Source of the DNA: a virus
Taxonomy: Duplodnaviria > Caudoviricetes
Length of the DNA stretch: 32,993 nucleotides
Virus record (IMG/VR): IMGVR_UViG_3300050162_000106
Coordinates: 1 to 32,993 of that record
Strand: one strand, 5' to 3'
Shown piece after piece: positions 8,878-18,041 of the stretch. The position numbers and the translations under genes are program-made. Each line of letters opens with the position of its first letter. Position 1 is the stretch's first letter. The notes under the pieces are model-generated. The model did no database searches. It saw nothing but the letters and a program-made list of their open reading frames with translations, and had not been told where the DNA came from.

Positions 8878-9228
8878 TTAGGTGCTCGCGTATTGTGGGC
8901 CGTAATCCGTGGCCAGTTGGATTTGGCCCGTAAGGTTCCGGCCGGTTAGGTCCGTAACATACACCACCGCGCCGTTGACGCCATCCACCGCCAGCGCCGC
9001 CTCCTCCATATCCGCCTTGAGGAGCGGAACGGGATAGGCGTTGTTGAAAATGTCGCTCCAGAGAGGCACGCCCTTGGTGGTGTCGTAATAGAGCTCGCCC
9101 CGGATGAGGCGGCACGCGGTGGAAACGTTTTGTGAAATGGCGTAAGGGTCCGACGCAAGGGCCCAATTGCCTTTGGCGTCTAGCGCCAAATCCCAAGCAA
9201 CGGTGTCCAGCAATAGACTTGCGCTCAT
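8878..9228 (-). CDS. baseplate wedge / sheath initiator (gp25/gp46-like)
   Basis: LLLD...WDL.LD..GN.A, GELYYDTTKGVP; lies between spike and baseplate J. Confidence 0.8.
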   Translation of the reverse strand: MSASLLLDTVAWDLALDAKGNWALASDPYAISQNVSTACRLIRGELYYDTTKGVPLWSDIFNNAYPVPLLKADMEEAALAVDGVNGAVVYVTDLTGRNLTGQIQLATDYGPQYAST

Positions 9229-9833
9229 GCGATAGGCTCCCCGGTTTTCCCGGCACCGTTTTGCACGTTCCCGTGCTTGTGGTGCTGGAGGCTCACGCCA
9301 TTGGCCACAACGTCCCCCGTCACGTCAAGGTCCCCGTCAACATAGACCTTTGACGCGGGCTTGAGGCGAATATTCCCGTTGGCGTCAAACTGGATATATT
9401 GCTCCGGCGTGCCGTTGAGGAACCCGCCCAGATAGAACCCGTCCGCCCAATCGAAACGCCGGGCGCTTGCCGGGAGCCCCGCCGCCCTCGTGTTTTTCAC
9501 ACGGCTGGTGTCGTGGGACGCAAAGACCGCAAAGCCTATATCCCCTTTCACCGGGTCCAGAATAACCGCCTTGGAGCCGCCTTGAAGCCGAAAATAGGGG
9601 AGATTGTGGAGCGGCCCATGGGGCACCGCGTTGCCCGCCCCGTCCGTCTGGTGCACGAGGGGCTTTACGTCCACATAGCCCACCGGCGAGAGGCCGCCCG
9701 AGGTCGTGACGCTCAGCACCTCCACGAGCGCCCCCGTGGCCATCCCGCCCGTGATTTGATGCACGAGGAACGCGAGCTGGGCGAAGTCGTCTCCCACGTC
9801 CTTGGCACTGGCAAAGCCGGTTGGTGTCGTCAT
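9225..9833 (-). CDS. baseplate central spike (Gp138-like)
   Basis: N-terminal OB-fold motifs (VDVKPLV, LPYFRLQGG..AVILDP.KGDIG) and C-terminal metal-binding HKH tip motif. Confidence 0.9.
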   Translation of the reverse strand: MTTPTGFASAKDVGDDFAQLAFLVHQITGGMATGALVEVLSVTTSGGLSPVGYVDVKPLVHQTDGAGNAVPHGPLHNLPYFRLQGGSKAVILDPVKGDIGFAVFASHDTSRVKNTRAAGLPASARRFDWADGFYLGGFLNGTPEQYIQFDANGNIRLKPASKVYVDGDLDVTGDVVANGVSLQHHKHGNVQNGAGKTGEPIA

Positions 9834-9834
9834 A

Positions 9835-10734
9835 TCAGCCGCTCACCGTCTGTTGGTCGCCCAAGCCCGCAAACCTCTGAGCTTCAATATGCGTGAACCA
9901 ACGCCCGTCCGGGACCTCGCTCTCAAGGTCGTGGGTGACGTTGTAGGGATACCACGTGCCGTTGGCCGGTTCCTCCACGCTGGTGATATTCACCGGCCCG
10001 TTGACGCGGAACGAGGGGTTATAGATGGACGAAAATACCACGCCCTTATCGTTGAACGAGGGGAAGCCCACCAGCCCGGTGCGCTCGCTCACGTCCACGG
10101 CCAAGGCGTCCCGGGGCTTGCCCCGGGGCCAGATGGCGAGGACGCCCACCTCATCCATCGCATACTCAAAACGCGCCATGCGGGCCAGCCGCCGGAGCTG
10201 GCTCATTGCATCGCCCGGGAGATAGGGGTCCGTAAGCTGAACGTTCACCCCGCTATTTTGCAGCGTGAGCGGGGGCGTCATTTGCTGGGCGATGCTGGCC
10301 GCAATAACCGCCGCGTCAACGCTCCCCTTGTAGCTCAGAGGGGGCACGCTCGCGTAGGCGCTCCCCATGCCGCCATACGCCTGAAACGTAAACATGGCCT
10401 CCGGCTGGCCGCTATGATCGCTCCAGCCGTTGAAAATCTGCCCGGTGAAAATCAGGGCCATGGTGTCCCCGTCCCCGGCCATGACTTGGACCTCATTCTG
10501 AAGCCCTTGCGTCCAGCCGTTTTGCAGCACGGTTAGGCGCTTGGTGATTGTCGGGGGGAGACCCCAAACCTCGCAATTGAGCTGGTCCATAGACGTGGAC
10601 ATAGTGGCGGTGAGTTCCGCGCGCACGCGCAAGCCGGTGAGGTCCACCACGTTGGCGCCGCTCTCCGTGAACGTGCCGGAGGTGGCCGCAAGGGTAAACC
10701 GGAGGTTGATTGCGCGCTTGCGAAACTGGCTCAT
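9835..10734 (-). CDS. baseplate hub protein
   Basis: 299 aa; EVWGL, MAGD...IFTGQI, TGLVGFPSF, VTHDLESEVPDGRWFT; position before the spike. Confidence 0.8.
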   Translation of the reverse strand: MSQFRKRAINLRFTLAATSGTFTESGANVVDLTGLRVRAELTATMSTSMDQLNCEVWGLPPTITKRLTVLQNGWTQGLQNEVQVMAGDGDTMALIFTGQIFNGWSDHSGQPEAMFTFQAYGGMGSAYASVPPLSYKGSVDAAVIAASIAQQMTPPLTLQNSGVNVQLTDPYLPGDAMSQLRRLARMARFEYAMDEVGVLAIWPRGKPRDALAVDVSERTGLVGFPSFNDKGVVFSSIYNPSFRVNGPVNITSVEEPANGTWYPYNVTHDLESEVPDGRWFTHIEAQRFAGLGDQQTVSG

Positions 10735-11030
10735 AGGTCGGGATCATAGAGCAAAACGAAACGCGAGCCCAAGCCCGAATAGCTGGGGTCTTCCGCGCCT
10801 TGCGTGTCGAAAAAGTAGAGGTTTCCTGAAAAGCCCAAATACCCGTCCCGGAGAAGCTTCACAAGATTGAGCGCCTCCAGCCCCCGGCGCACGGCTGTTG
10901 TACCCACAAAAAGGTCTACAAAGAGCCCATAGCGGCGCTGGTAAACCCGGAGGGTGCACGACTGCGAGCCGAGATAAACTTGGACCGTCTGGTCCTCCAC
11001 GGCCTGCAAAGGGATGAGAACAGCGCTCAT
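10731..11030 (-). CDS. baseplate plug-like small protein
   Basis: IPLQAV.DQT..V.LG.Q.C, GFSGNLYFFDTQG..DP.YSGLGSRF.L.Y; coupled to neighbouring genes. Confidence 0.75.
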   Translation of the reverse strand: MSAVLIPLQAVEDQTVQVYLGSQSCTLRVYQRRYGLFVDLFVGTTAVRRGLEALNLVKLLRDGYLGFSGNLYFFDTQGAEDPSYSGLGSRFVLLYDPDL

Positions 11031-11662
11031 TGCGGCAATGCTCCCGGGGTCTGGCTATTGGAAGGCGTCCGCGTTTGGACAGCGCCGCTATTGATGCTGG
11101 ACGCGGCACTGGGGTCTTGGACTTTGGAGAACGTGGTTCCCACGCTATTGCGCACGGCTTTGAACGATAGTCGCACCGTCAACATGTTGGAGCCTTTCTC
11201 CGCGTTGCGCTGGACTGCCAGATCCAAAAGGTTGTAACCTTTATACACCCACGAGGGGGTGAGCACGTTCACCGTGCTCACGGATTGGCGGAGGTCCTCC
11301 AGCACCCGGCGGAAAGTCTGGCGCGCGCTGTCCGTGCCTTCTTTGGAAAGCGTGAGCGTGAGTTCCCCGGGCTTTTGCACCTTGTTGTAGGACTGAAAAC
11401 CGCCGCTCCCCACGGGATAGTCGGGGATGCTCCCCATGTTGCGGTCCGATAGGTCCACGTAGCTGGTGGGGCCTTGCCCCTCGTTGAAAATGCTCTGACC
11501 GTCCGTGTCGTGGATGCCCCACGTGGTCGTGGCGGCCGCCACCACAATAGCGCTACTGTCCGATGAGACAGGCGTCACGACCGCTGGGGTCGTGGCAGGC
11601 GTTCGACGCACAGCGGGAACACCCGAAGCGCTGGGAACGGTTGGACTTGCCGGATCGGCCAT
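11027..11662 (-). CDS. tail tube initiator / Dit-like baseplate protein
   Basis: IPDYPVGSGGFQSYNKV..P motif; directly after the tape measure gene. Confidence 0.75.
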   Translation of the reverse strand: MADPASPTVPSASGVPAVRRTPATTPAVVTPVSSDSSAIVVAAATTTWGIHDTDGQSIFNEGQGPTSYVDLSDRNMGSIPDYPVGSGGFQSYNKVQKPGELTLTLSKEGTDSARQTFRRVLEDLRQSVSTVNVLTPSWVYKGYNLLDLAVQRNAEKGSNMLTVRLSFKAVRNSVGTTFSKVQDPSAASSINSGAVQTRTPSNSQTPGALPQ

Positions 11663-11663
11663 A

Positions 11664-13283
11664 TCAATTCACCCCCGTGTTGGCATTGGCCACGCGGTGG
11701 GCGTTGTTCATTGCCCGGCGGACGCCTCGCTCCACGTGGTGCCCCACCGCGCGCGGATCTTGGTTCCCCCGGGCATCCACGTGGACATTTACTTGCGCCG
11801 GAGCGGCCGGAGCTCGTCCCGCTGCTCCCGACGCCACACGCCGTATATCGTAGCCCTCATGCCGGGCAATGGCCCGAGCGAGCGCCCCGGCCTGCGAGGC
11901 GCTGAGGCGCTGGAATGGGTTGATGCCCGTCTCTCGGCTCACCGCGTTAATGTATGCGCCCGTGTTGTTCTCATTGGGAGGGGCCCACGAGCGAATGACG
12001 CCCGCCAGGGTGCCAAATTGTTGGATTTTTGCGGATACTAACCGCTCTGCCGCAGCAAACCCGGCCTCCTGAGACGCAAACCGAGCAAAACCCCCCTCAT
12101 CCACCCCGGCAAACCCCGGAAGCCTTCGCACCCAAGCCGATGCCTTTAAGTTACCCGGGTTGTTATTGCGGGTAGCGCGCGTTCCCGTGCCGGAAATTCC
12201 TACGGGATTTTGCGTAGAGGCGTCATCCCACCCTCCTCCAACCCCAAAATTCTGGTTTCTCCACCCCTCGGTATCCCGATAGATGGGGGACTTTTCGCGG
12301 ATAGCCTGCGCGGTCGCTGGAGAAATCGCTCCAAAAAGTTCCATCGTAGACGCTAGCCAATCAATAGGGTCCAAGAGCCGAATAAAATTCGCGGCGAGAT
12401 CGCGGGCATTCTGTCCCAAATCGGAGCTGGACCCGCTCACATACTCCAACGCTTGCGCTACCCCATCCAAAGTTTCAATGGTCCCGGAGCTTCGGGCTAG
12501 ACCCAAAAGCGCCGTTTGGAGGTGCTGCAACGTGCGTTGGAAATCTTCCGCTGCACGGGCGTTTTCTTCGGTCACGTTTGCACGTTGCTCGGCCAATGCC
12601 AGCTCTGCCTCCAGCGCCGGGCGCCCGCGTTCGATTGCGTTGATGAACGCCGGAGAAAGGCCGAACGTCTCTTGAAGCCGCTTGCTAAATGTGGCTTGGA
12701 GCATACTCTCTCCGCCGGGCGTCCCCTTCGCCCGTGTGACGGAGAGCTCCTTTTGGTATTGGTCCGCGAGGTGGAGGAAAACCTCCGAGGGGTTGCCGAG
12801 GGTCTGGGCGAGCTGTTGGGGCGAGCCCTTGAACCCAAGCTGGGCGAGCTGAGGGCCGGGGATTTGGTCCGGGTGCAAAATGAAATTGGCTTGCATATCC
12901 TTGAGTTTGGCGATGGCGGCCGTTGCCTCCTCAGCCGTGCCTCCAGCACCTGCCACAACGGCTTGCCAACCGGCAATTTCGTTTGCGTTTACGCCAAACA
13001 CTTGAGCCGAGCGGCCGAGTTGGGCTGTGGTGCTCACGAGGTTGGAGGCAAATTGCGTCAAGCTCTTGGCGCCCGCCAGCGTGAGGAGGAAACCCGTCAC
13101 CTCGCCACGGAGCTTTGCAAACGCGGCCCCTTGGTTCTTGAGCGAACCCTCCACGTCCTGCCCGGACTTTTTCGCGCGCTCGCCGGTCTCCTTAAGGCCC
13201 TTGTCCACCTCTTGCCGGGCCCGGTCGTAATCCTTCTTATCCAGCCCAAGGGTGACTAGAAGGCTGTCAATAATCGTGGCCAT
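11664..13283 (-). CDS. tape measure protein with C-terminal lysozyme-like domain
   Basis: Start MATIIDSLLVTLGLD; long Ala-rich helical region; C-terminal RNNNPGNL...WAPPNENNT.AY...IARHEG domain; follows the tail chaperone. Confidence 0.9.
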   Translation of the reverse strand: MATIIDSLLVTLGLDKKDYDRARQEVDKGLKETGERAKKSGQDVEGSLKNQGAAFAKLRGEVTGFLLTLAGAKSLTQFASNLVSTTAQLGRSAQVFGVNANEIAGWQAVVAGAGGTAEEATAAIAKLKDMQANFILHPDQIPGPQLAQLGFKGSPQQLAQTLGNPSEVFLHLADQYQKELSVTRAKGTPGGESMLQATFSKRLQETFGLSPAFINAIERGRPALEAELALAEQRANVTEENARAAEDFQRTLQHLQTALLGLARSSGTIETLDGVAQALEYVSGSSSDLGQNARDLAANFIRLLDPIDWLASTMELFGAISPATAQAIREKSPIYRDTEGWRNQNFGVGGGWDDASTQNPVGISGTGTRATRNNNPGNLKASAWVRRLPGFAGVDEGGFARFASQEAGFAAAERLVSAKIQQFGTLAGVIRSWAPPNENNTGAYINAVSRETGINPFQRLSASQAGALARAIARHEGYDIRRVASGAAGRAPAAPAQVNVHVDARGNQDPRAVGHHVERGVRRAMNNAHRVANANTGVN

Positions 13284-13285
13284 GC

Positions 13286-13537
13286 CTATGCCTCCGTAGG
13301 CGGGGGTGGGGCGGCACGACGCTCATTCTCGCTTCGCACCAAAACCACCTCCACGAGCGCCATTACATCCTCCAGACTATAGACAGTTTGGACCTCGCGC
13401 AATGTGGCCAGTCGATGGCTCAACACTATCCCGATTGGTTGGGAGACGTTGGGGAAGGGGCAGGGTTCCCACTGGTGGCCGCCGCCCCCTGAGCTTTCGC
13501 CCTCAAATTCGATAGGGTTGCGGCCACGGAAAAACCC
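13286..13537 (-). CDS. -1 frameshift extension of the tail assembly chaperone (gpGT-like C-terminus)
   Basis: The -1 frame is open from slippery G GGT TTT (13537-13531) to the stop at 13286, 2 nt before the tape measure start. It encodes ...LATLREVQTVYSLEDVMALVEV. Confidence 0.8.
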   Translation of the reverse strand, partial: GFFRGRNPIEFEGESSGGGGHQWEPCPFPNVSQPIGIVLSHRLATLREVQTVYSLEDVMALVEVVLVRSENERRAAPPPPTEA

Positions 13538-13911
13538 GTGTGAAGCTCTAGCACCTTGTCCCGGAGCCACAACAGGGTGGGCCATTCCTCCACGTCCTCT
13601 TGGAAGTCCGCCCGGGCATAGTCGGGGCGCGCGGGGTCTGGCACAATGGCCACGCAAGCCGTCATCTCGTCCAAAAGCGGCCGCGCCTCGTCAAAGGACG
13701 CGGAGAGGAGGGCTTGAAGCCCATATGCGGCCACGACGGCAAAGTGTCCCAGTAAGTTCGCCGGAGGCACTTCCGCGCCGGAGCGCGCCAGCACGGAAGA
13801 CGCACGCCAAGCCCATTCCTCGGCCCGCCATGCATCCATTTCGGTGATGCGGAAAACCTTGCCTTTATCGCGACCCTCGGCTTCCACGGTAACGTCAATG
13901 GTTTTTCGCAT
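13426..13911 (-). CDS. tail assembly chaperone (gpG-like)
   Basis: EGRDKGKVFRITEM.A..AEEWA, DVEE..TLL.LR...LELH.GF motifs; lies between tail tube and tape measure. Confidence 0.85.
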   Translation of the reverse strand: MRKTIDVTVEAEGRDKGKVFRITEMDAWRAEEWAWRASSVLARSGAEVPPANLLGHFAVVAAYGLQALLSASFDEARPLLDEMTACVAIVPDPARPDYARADFQEDVEEWPTLLWLRDKVLELHTGFSVAATLSNLRAKAQGAAATSGNPAPSPTSPNQSG

Positions 13912-13914
13912 CCG

Positions 13915-14358
13915 CTAAGCCCCCACGTATGCCGAAGGGACCACGGCCTCCCATTGGATCGAATATTTGCGGGGCTGGAGGACCTTTTTCACTGCAGGTG
14001 CGGGGCTATACTGGCGGAGCACGCCCCGGACAAGCTGGTATTGGCGCCCGGTAGCCGGGAGCACGGCCAAGCCGCTGGCGCGTAGGATGGTGCGGAGCTG
14101 GCGCTGAGCGGCCCACCAATTTTCAAACAGCGTGTTGCTGGCGCTATCGGCCTGCAACGTGATGTTTTGCGTAAAAACCGCAGGGACGTAACCGGCGGAA
14201 AACGTGCCATCCACGCCCATCATCCCCTCGGTCACATCCACGTCCGGAAAGTCAAACGCTTCATCCGAGGCGAACCCCGAAATGGCGCGGGGCGTAACGT
14301 AAATGCCCGTGATGGTGAGGGCCAAGATGGCATTGGCCGCCGTAATGTTGCCGCTCAT
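13915..14358 (-). CDS. tail tube protein
   Basis: 147 aa after the sheath; ITAANA, GFASD.AF, MGVDG..SAG, ITLQADS.S motifs. Confidence 0.85.
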   Translation of the reverse strand: MSGNITAANAILALTITGIYVTPRAISGFASDEAFDFPDVDVTEGMMGVDGTFSAGYVPAVFTQNITLQADSASNTLFENWWAAQRQLRTILRASGLAVLPATGRQYQLVRGVLRQYSPAPAVKKVLQPRKYSIQWEAVVPSAYVGA

Positions 14359-14359
14359 A

Positions 14360-16075
14360 TTATTGGACCTCCGCGCTTGTCAGGCTCAGGGATTGGATGC
14401 TCTGCCCATCCGCGTAAAAAAACAAGATGCTAGGCGAGCCGCGCGCCGCGCGCACCGTGGCGCTTGCGGGCTTAATCACCAGAGCCCATCCCGCCTGCGT
14501 GATGGTAGCCGCGACGTCCGCCCCGGCCAGATTGTTTACTTTGGAAATTTGGCTCTCGCTCAACTCCACCCCCGGCTGAATGGCGCCGAACGACACGGCC
14601 GCCGCGATAGGCGCCGCCAGCGCCGCCGAGACGAGCGCATACCCCGTCGTGGTGTATGGAATGTTCGGAGTATTGGCCTCCACGTCAAAAAGTGCTGTTT
14701 TCAGGGCGTCGTTCAGCCACACTTGATTGACGTAGCTGTCCATCCACAAAAACTTGCCGGTGATGGACCCAAAAAGCTCACGGCTATACGCTTTCTTGGT
14801 GCCTCCCAAACGGCCATAGAAGTTGATGCCCTTGGCCTTGAGCACCTTAGCCACGGTGAGGTCGTCTACGTCCACCGGCATGGTGGGGGACGTGAGATAC
14901 GCGAAATTCTGACGTCCGCCTTCCGCCGTGAAGTCGATGGATGCCGCGCTCCCCATAATAAACGCCGCCGCCAAATACCGCGAGACCGGGGCGTGCTGGA
15001 AATAGACGCCCTCATAGCCAGCTTGAGCAATGGCATAGAACGCGCCCGCCGTGGCGTTGGCGTTGGTGTTGTTGGCCGTGTCCGTGCTCCACGGAACATA
15101 GGCGTAGCGGCTGTTCTGGCCGCTCACCCATGCGCCGAAAGCCTCCACCAGCGCGTCCGTGGGCTCCCACAACGTGGAGAAAGTCACCCAATTGGTGGTG
15201 GACGCCACCAGCCCGTCCATGAACGCGCCCGGGACGGCCGCGCCGGAGCCCTCGCTCACCACCGCGCCGGTGTTGGCCGTGAGCTTCAAAACCGTGGCCA
15301 GCGTGCCGTCCGCCGCCGCTGTGATGGTGTATCCCGCGCCGGGGCTGCCCCGCTTGAGGAGGAGCGCGTCCAGCGTGGGCGAATACGAGACGGTGAGCGC
15401 CCCGCCCAAGACCGCTGCGCTGGCCAGCGTGCCCACATTCTCGCTAAGCTGGTAAGTGCCCACGCCCCCCGGGGTTCCTGAGAGCTGGCCGGTGATGGTG
15501 GTCCCCGTCGGGATAGTGCCTGCGGCGTTGGTAACTGCTTGGCCCACAACCAAGGTCCCGGTAACCGCCGTGACCGTCATTACCGACCCGGAAATGCTGG
15601 CGGTGGCCTGCGCGTCAGAATAGCTGAGGGCTGCTTGGATGAACGCGGCCACCTGAGAGAAGCTCGTGGCCGTGCTCAGGTTGATGGACGAGGACGTGAC
15701 GGTTTCGCCGTCAATGTCCAGCGAAATGGTGCCGGCCGCCAGCGTGGTGAGCTCGCCCAGCGAGGTGGCGAGGGTGCCCCCCTCCAGATACGGCGCCACG
15801 CCGGTGAGCGGAAATTGCGCCACCAACAGGTTGGCGGGCTTCTGGGGCGAGCTGTCGAACCCTTGGAAATACTGGTCCGCAAAGGCGTATTCCGCCGAGC
15901 TTGCGCCAAAATAAGCGCTCACCGCCTCCGGTGTAACAAAGCTGGCCACGGTGCCCACAGGGGGAAGCGAGTTAGACGTAAGGAGGACGCCTACCGCGTC
16001 CACCCCGGCGCCACCAGCCGCAACCACGGCGGGGGTGACGCTGGCGACAAAATCAATCGGGATGCTCTTGGTCAT
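14360..16075 (-). CDS. tail sheath protein (DUF3383-like)
   Basis: V..YFG..S.EY..A..YF.GF, NW.TFST.WEP, G.F.W.DSYVNQ.WLN, IPY...GY, R.AR.SP...FY.DG.SIQ motifs. Confidence 0.9.
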   Translation of the reverse strand: MTKSIPIDFVASVTPAVVAAGGAGVDAVGVLLTSNSLPPVGTVASFVTPEAVSAYFGASSAEYAFADQYFQGFDSSPQKPANLLVAQFPLTGVAPYLEGGTLATSLGELTTLAAGTISLDIDGETVTSSSINLSTATSFSQVAAFIQAALSYSDAQATASISGSVMTVTAVTGTLVVGQAVTNAAGTIPTGTTITGQLSGTPGGVGTYQLSENVGTLASAAVLGGALTVSYSPTLDALLLKRGSPGAGYTITAAADGTLATVLKLTANTGAVVSEGSGAAVPGAFMDGLVASTTNWVTFSTLWEPTDALVEAFGAWVSGQNSRYAYVPWSTDTANNTNANATAGAFYAIAQAGYEGVYFQHAPVSRYLAAAFIMGSAASIDFTAEGGRQNFAYLTSPTMPVDVDDLTVAKVLKAKGINFYGRLGGTKKAYSRELFGSITGKFLWMDSYVNQVWLNDALKTALFDVEANTPNIPYTTTGYALVSAALAAPIAAAVSFGAIQPGVELSESQISKVNNLAGADVAATITQAGWALVIKPASATVRAARGSPSILFFYADGQSIQSLSLTSAEVQ

Positions 16076-16590
16076 TGGTCCGCCTCATACGTTTGAATGG
16101 CCAGCTCCGTGGCGTAGTCTTGGGGCAAGGTTAGCACGGGTTTAGCTTGCAAGTAAATCGTCACTATCCACCGGCTCTCGTATTGCGCCTCCCCGTTGTG
16201 GAACGCGCTCTGGAGCGGTTCGTCCGCAAAGAGCGGCGAGAGAATGGACCCGGCGAAGAAGGAGCACGCCCAGCCGCTCCGCCAGAGCGTAGATATGCGC
16301 TCAGAATTGGCCGCCGAGGCATCCCCGTGCACGTCTAATTGCACGCCCCACTTGGAACTTTTTTCCAAGTCCATGGTGGCCGCGCCCGGCGTCGGGTCGT
16401 ATCTCTCCACGTTGGTGGAGAGGCGCTCTTGGCGCACGGGGGTCATTATGACGTAATCGCCCTGCAAGGGCTCGGGAACGCGGTTGTCCTGCCCTTGGAT
16501 CGCGGGGGTGTTGTCCGGGAGGACGGCTTCCAGAAAGAGCCGGATTTGCTCCAGCACGTCCTCTTTGGTAAAATTCAGCTCCACGGCCAT
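16072..16590 (-). CDS. neck / tail terminator protein
   Basis: QGQDNRVPEP, RLSTN, VQLDVHG, PLFADEP.Q, GE.QYE.RW motifs; just before the sheath. Confidence 0.75.
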   Translation of the reverse strand: MAVELNFTKEDVLEQIRLFLEAVLPDNTPAIQGQDNRVPEPLQGDYVIMTPVRQERLSTNVERYDPTPGAATMDLEKSSKWGVQLDVHGDASAANSERISTLWRSGWACSFFAGSILSPLFADEPLQSAFHNGEAQYESRWIVTIYLQAKPVLTLPQDYATELAIQTYEADQ

Positions 16591-16593
16591 GGC

Positions 16594-17025
16594 TTAGCCC
16601 CCTAGTGACGGGTTTATGGGGTTCCCGTTGGCGTCCACTACGTTTTCCGGTGGGTTCACTTGCTGTTGCACCAGCACCTTGACCCACCCATCTGCGTCCC
16701 AAACCTCCAGCACATCCACCACGAGCCAGAACGCGCCGCCGAAAGCCAGAAGGTCCCCGCCGCGCCCGGCCAGTCGCTCCACGCCCGCAAGGTAGCCTTG
16801 GAAATAGACTTGGCGCATGACGCCTTGAATATTGAGGCTCTCCGCCCGGCGCAAGGCGCCATAGCCCGCGCTCTGGACTTGGAGCGGCTGGCGTTGGATA
16901 AGCTGATAAGAGGGCAAGCGTTTGCCGCCGTAACCCGTCATGGGGCCGGTATTCAAATACACGTCCCCCACCACGTCCGGGTTGATGGAAGTCACAAGGC
17001 CATGGACCAAACCGCGCAAGCTCAT
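16594..17025 (-). CDS. head-tail adaptor / head closure protein
   Basis: Start ATG 17025 with GGAGGTGAGG RBS overlapping the upstream stop; QVQ, LNIQG, GGDLL.F....WLVV.VLE.W motifs. Confidence 0.7.
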   Translation of the reverse strand: MSLRGLVHGLVTSINPDVVGDVYLNTGPMTGYGGKRLPSYQLIQRQPLQVQSAGYGALRRAESLNIQGVMRQVYFQGYLAGVERLAGRGGDLLAFGGAFWLVVDVLEVWDADGWVKVLVQQQVNPPENVVDANGNPINPSLGG

Positions 17026-17573
17026 TGCCTCACCTCCCATGCTTGAGGGCCTTGGAGATATTGCAACATTTTGCCGGTCCACACGAGAGGTTTAGCGGCC
17101 GTGCCGGTGAGGCCCGAGGTTTTGCCCTCGGCCACGTCCTTGCGCGCCGCCTTCACGTCTGAAAATTCCATGCCCACCCGGTCCGGGAAACGCGAACGAA
17201 GGAGGAGCGTCACCTCACTGAGCGCCGGACTGTTGGTCTTGACGAGGCTTGCAGCAATGTCGCCCGCCATTTGGCCCCCTATGGCTTCCAGCGCTCCGGC
17301 CGCATTGTAATCCAGCCGCCTGAGTTCCATCACAAGAAGCTTGCCCCACGTGGTCTTGCCGTCCGCAATGGCGTTGGAGAAGAACGGCCGGGGCGGGATG
17401 CCCTTTGACGGCGCCCCATAGTTTTGCGAGGCGGCCACCGTGGCCATATAGGTGCCGTCCTCATACCGGGCCGAGCTGGAATAGCCCACGCGGACCTCGC
17501 GCGCGGTGCTGAGCCGCCGGGCTAGTTCCTCAAGGTATGCGCTCGCTCGGGCGCCGCCGGTGAATTTGGCCAC
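17022..17573 (-). CDS. neck / virion morphogenesis protein (HK97 gp10-like)
   Basis: A.Y.DGT..A.VA....YGAP..GIPPRPFF and KPLVWTG.ML motifs. Confidence 0.75.
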   Translation of the reverse strand: MAKFTGGARASAYLEELARRLSTAREVRVGYSSSARYEDGTYMATVAASQNYGAPSKGIPPRPFFSNAIADGKTTWGKLLVMELRRLDYNAAGALEAIGGQMAGDIAASLVKTNSPALSEVTLLLRSRFPDRVGMEFSDVKAARKDVAEGKTSGLTGTAAKPLVWTGKMLQYLQGPQAWEVRQ

Positions 17574-17576
17574 GGT

Positions 17577-18038
17577 TCAATAGCCCGGCGGAAAGCGGCG
17601 CCGGTTCCCCACGTCCACAAACACCCGAGGCCCCTTGAGGTAGGTCGCCCGCATATAGGGTTGGATGGCGGTCCAGTATTGCGCGCCGTATTGCGTTTGC
17701 CGATACCACGCGGCCGTCTCGCTGGTGCTGGACAGGGGCGTGAGGCCGATTGAAACGGAGCCCTCGCTGGCGTTGTTGATGTTGCCGACCATGCCCGCGC
17801 CCCCGCCAGTGGCGTTGCGTTGCTCTAGCGCCGCGAGGTGGGCCACCAGCATGTTGAGGAGCTGGAGGCGCCGGGGCTCGTTCTGGACAATGCTTGCGGG
17901 CTCGTCCGGGCCGTCATTCCCCAGCAAGGTGAGGGTGGCGTCCGAAAACATAGCCTCCGCCGTGGCCTGAGACGTGACGGCCGCGAGCGCGGGATACCGC
18001 GCCGCCCAGCTCGCATAATCAAAGACCACGGCGGCCAT
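17577..18038 (-). CDS. head-tail connector (DUF4054-like)
   Basis: VVFD...W...YP, LL.MLVAHLA.L, VG.I..ASEGSVS, AWY.QT.YG.QYW motifs. Confidence 0.85.
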   Translation of the reverse strand: MAAVVFDYASWAARYPALAAVTSQATAEAMFSDATLTLLGNDGPDEPASIVQNEPRRLQLLNMLVAHLAALEQRNATGGGAGMVGNINNASEGSVSIGLTPLSSTSETAAWYRQTQYGAQYWTAIQPYMRATYLKGPRVFVDVGNRRRFPPGY

Positions 18039-18041
18039 GGC

